NCBI GenBank assembly: GCA_963760795.1
Contig: CAVXEP010000022.1
Coordinates: 160,001-224,000 of the forward strand
From: an uncultured delta proteobacterium
GTDB taxonomy: Bacteria; Desulfobacterota; Binatia; UBA9968
Reading direction: 5' to 3'
Length of the DNA stretch: 64,000 bases
Shown: one piece after another, positions 63,687 to 64,000 of the stretch
Position numbering within the stretch: position 1 is the first letter of the stretch
Layout: every line of letters starts with the position of its first letter
Notes under the pieces: generated by a model
Seen by the model: only the letters and a program-made list of their open reading frames with translations
Told to the model about the DNA's origin: nothing
Database searches by the model: none
Program-made: the position numbers and the translations under genes

Positions 63687-64000
63687 CTATTTGCCACCGT
63701 AGAGCGCTTTGATAAAACCGTTGTCGTCGAATTCTTTCACGAAACGGTTGTCGATGAGCTCGTCAACGTTCATCTTTCTCGCCTCGGGCCTTCTCATCGC
63801 CACTTCCTCCAGGACAAACTTCAGCCCGGCGGGGTCGGCATAGGGCGCTCTTTGGATCACACCATTGCCGAACTCCTCCCAAAGCGCGGACAGAACCTTC
63901 TGATCCTTGTTGCGGGTATATTTCTCCAAGGCTTTGAGCGAAAACTCGCGGTCGGTTTTGTAAATCTTGATTCCCTCAAGCAACGAACGCATCACCCGTC
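63687..64000 (-). CDS. ABC substrate-binding protein, NitT/TauT family, C-terminal part (runs off window end)
   Basis: RSLLEGIKIYKT, KYTR, FDDNGFIKALY. Confidence 0.82.
   Translation of the reverse strand, partial: RVMRSLLEGIKIYKTDREFSLKALEKYTRNKDQKVLSALWEEFGNGVIQRAPYADPAGLKFVLEEVAMRRPEARKMNVDELIDNRFVKEFDDNGFIKALYGGK

Overview
A moderately GC-rich bacterial chromosomal segment with about 55 genes, almost all for solute uptake and catabolism of small organic or aromatic acids. It encodes 9 stand-alone NitT/TauT-type and 3 Bug/TctC-type solute-binding proteins, a TAXI-type protein, two complete Liv-type ABC systems, a benzoate-CoA-ligase-family enzyme, a CoA-thioester cluster, tandem ThDP enzymes, amidohydrolases, cupins, VOC proteins, an LLM oxidoreductase, a CocE hydrolase and a B12 radical SAM enzyme. 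This content resembles Candidatus Binatota/Binatia-like genomes (inference). I found no rRNA, tRNA, CRISPR array, prophage or transposase. About 20 apparent frameshifts, nearly all single-base insertions, suggest unpolished long-read sequence rather than gene decay. Most notable: (1) five sigma-54 (-24/-12) motifs, two with consensus IHF sites, precede the non-catabolic genes (an RpoD-like paralog, a metalloprotease, a glycine-zipper/His-rich protein pair and two PQQ-dehydrogenase-Ig proteins), suggesting a sigma54-to-sigma70 cascade; (2) one PQQ paralog lacks the catalytic His; (3) an enolase-superfamily enzyme has a non-canonical active site; (4) a TAXI-fold protein without a signal peptide precedes the benzoate-CoA ligase; (5) several intergenic palindromic repeat families combine into BIME-like composites.
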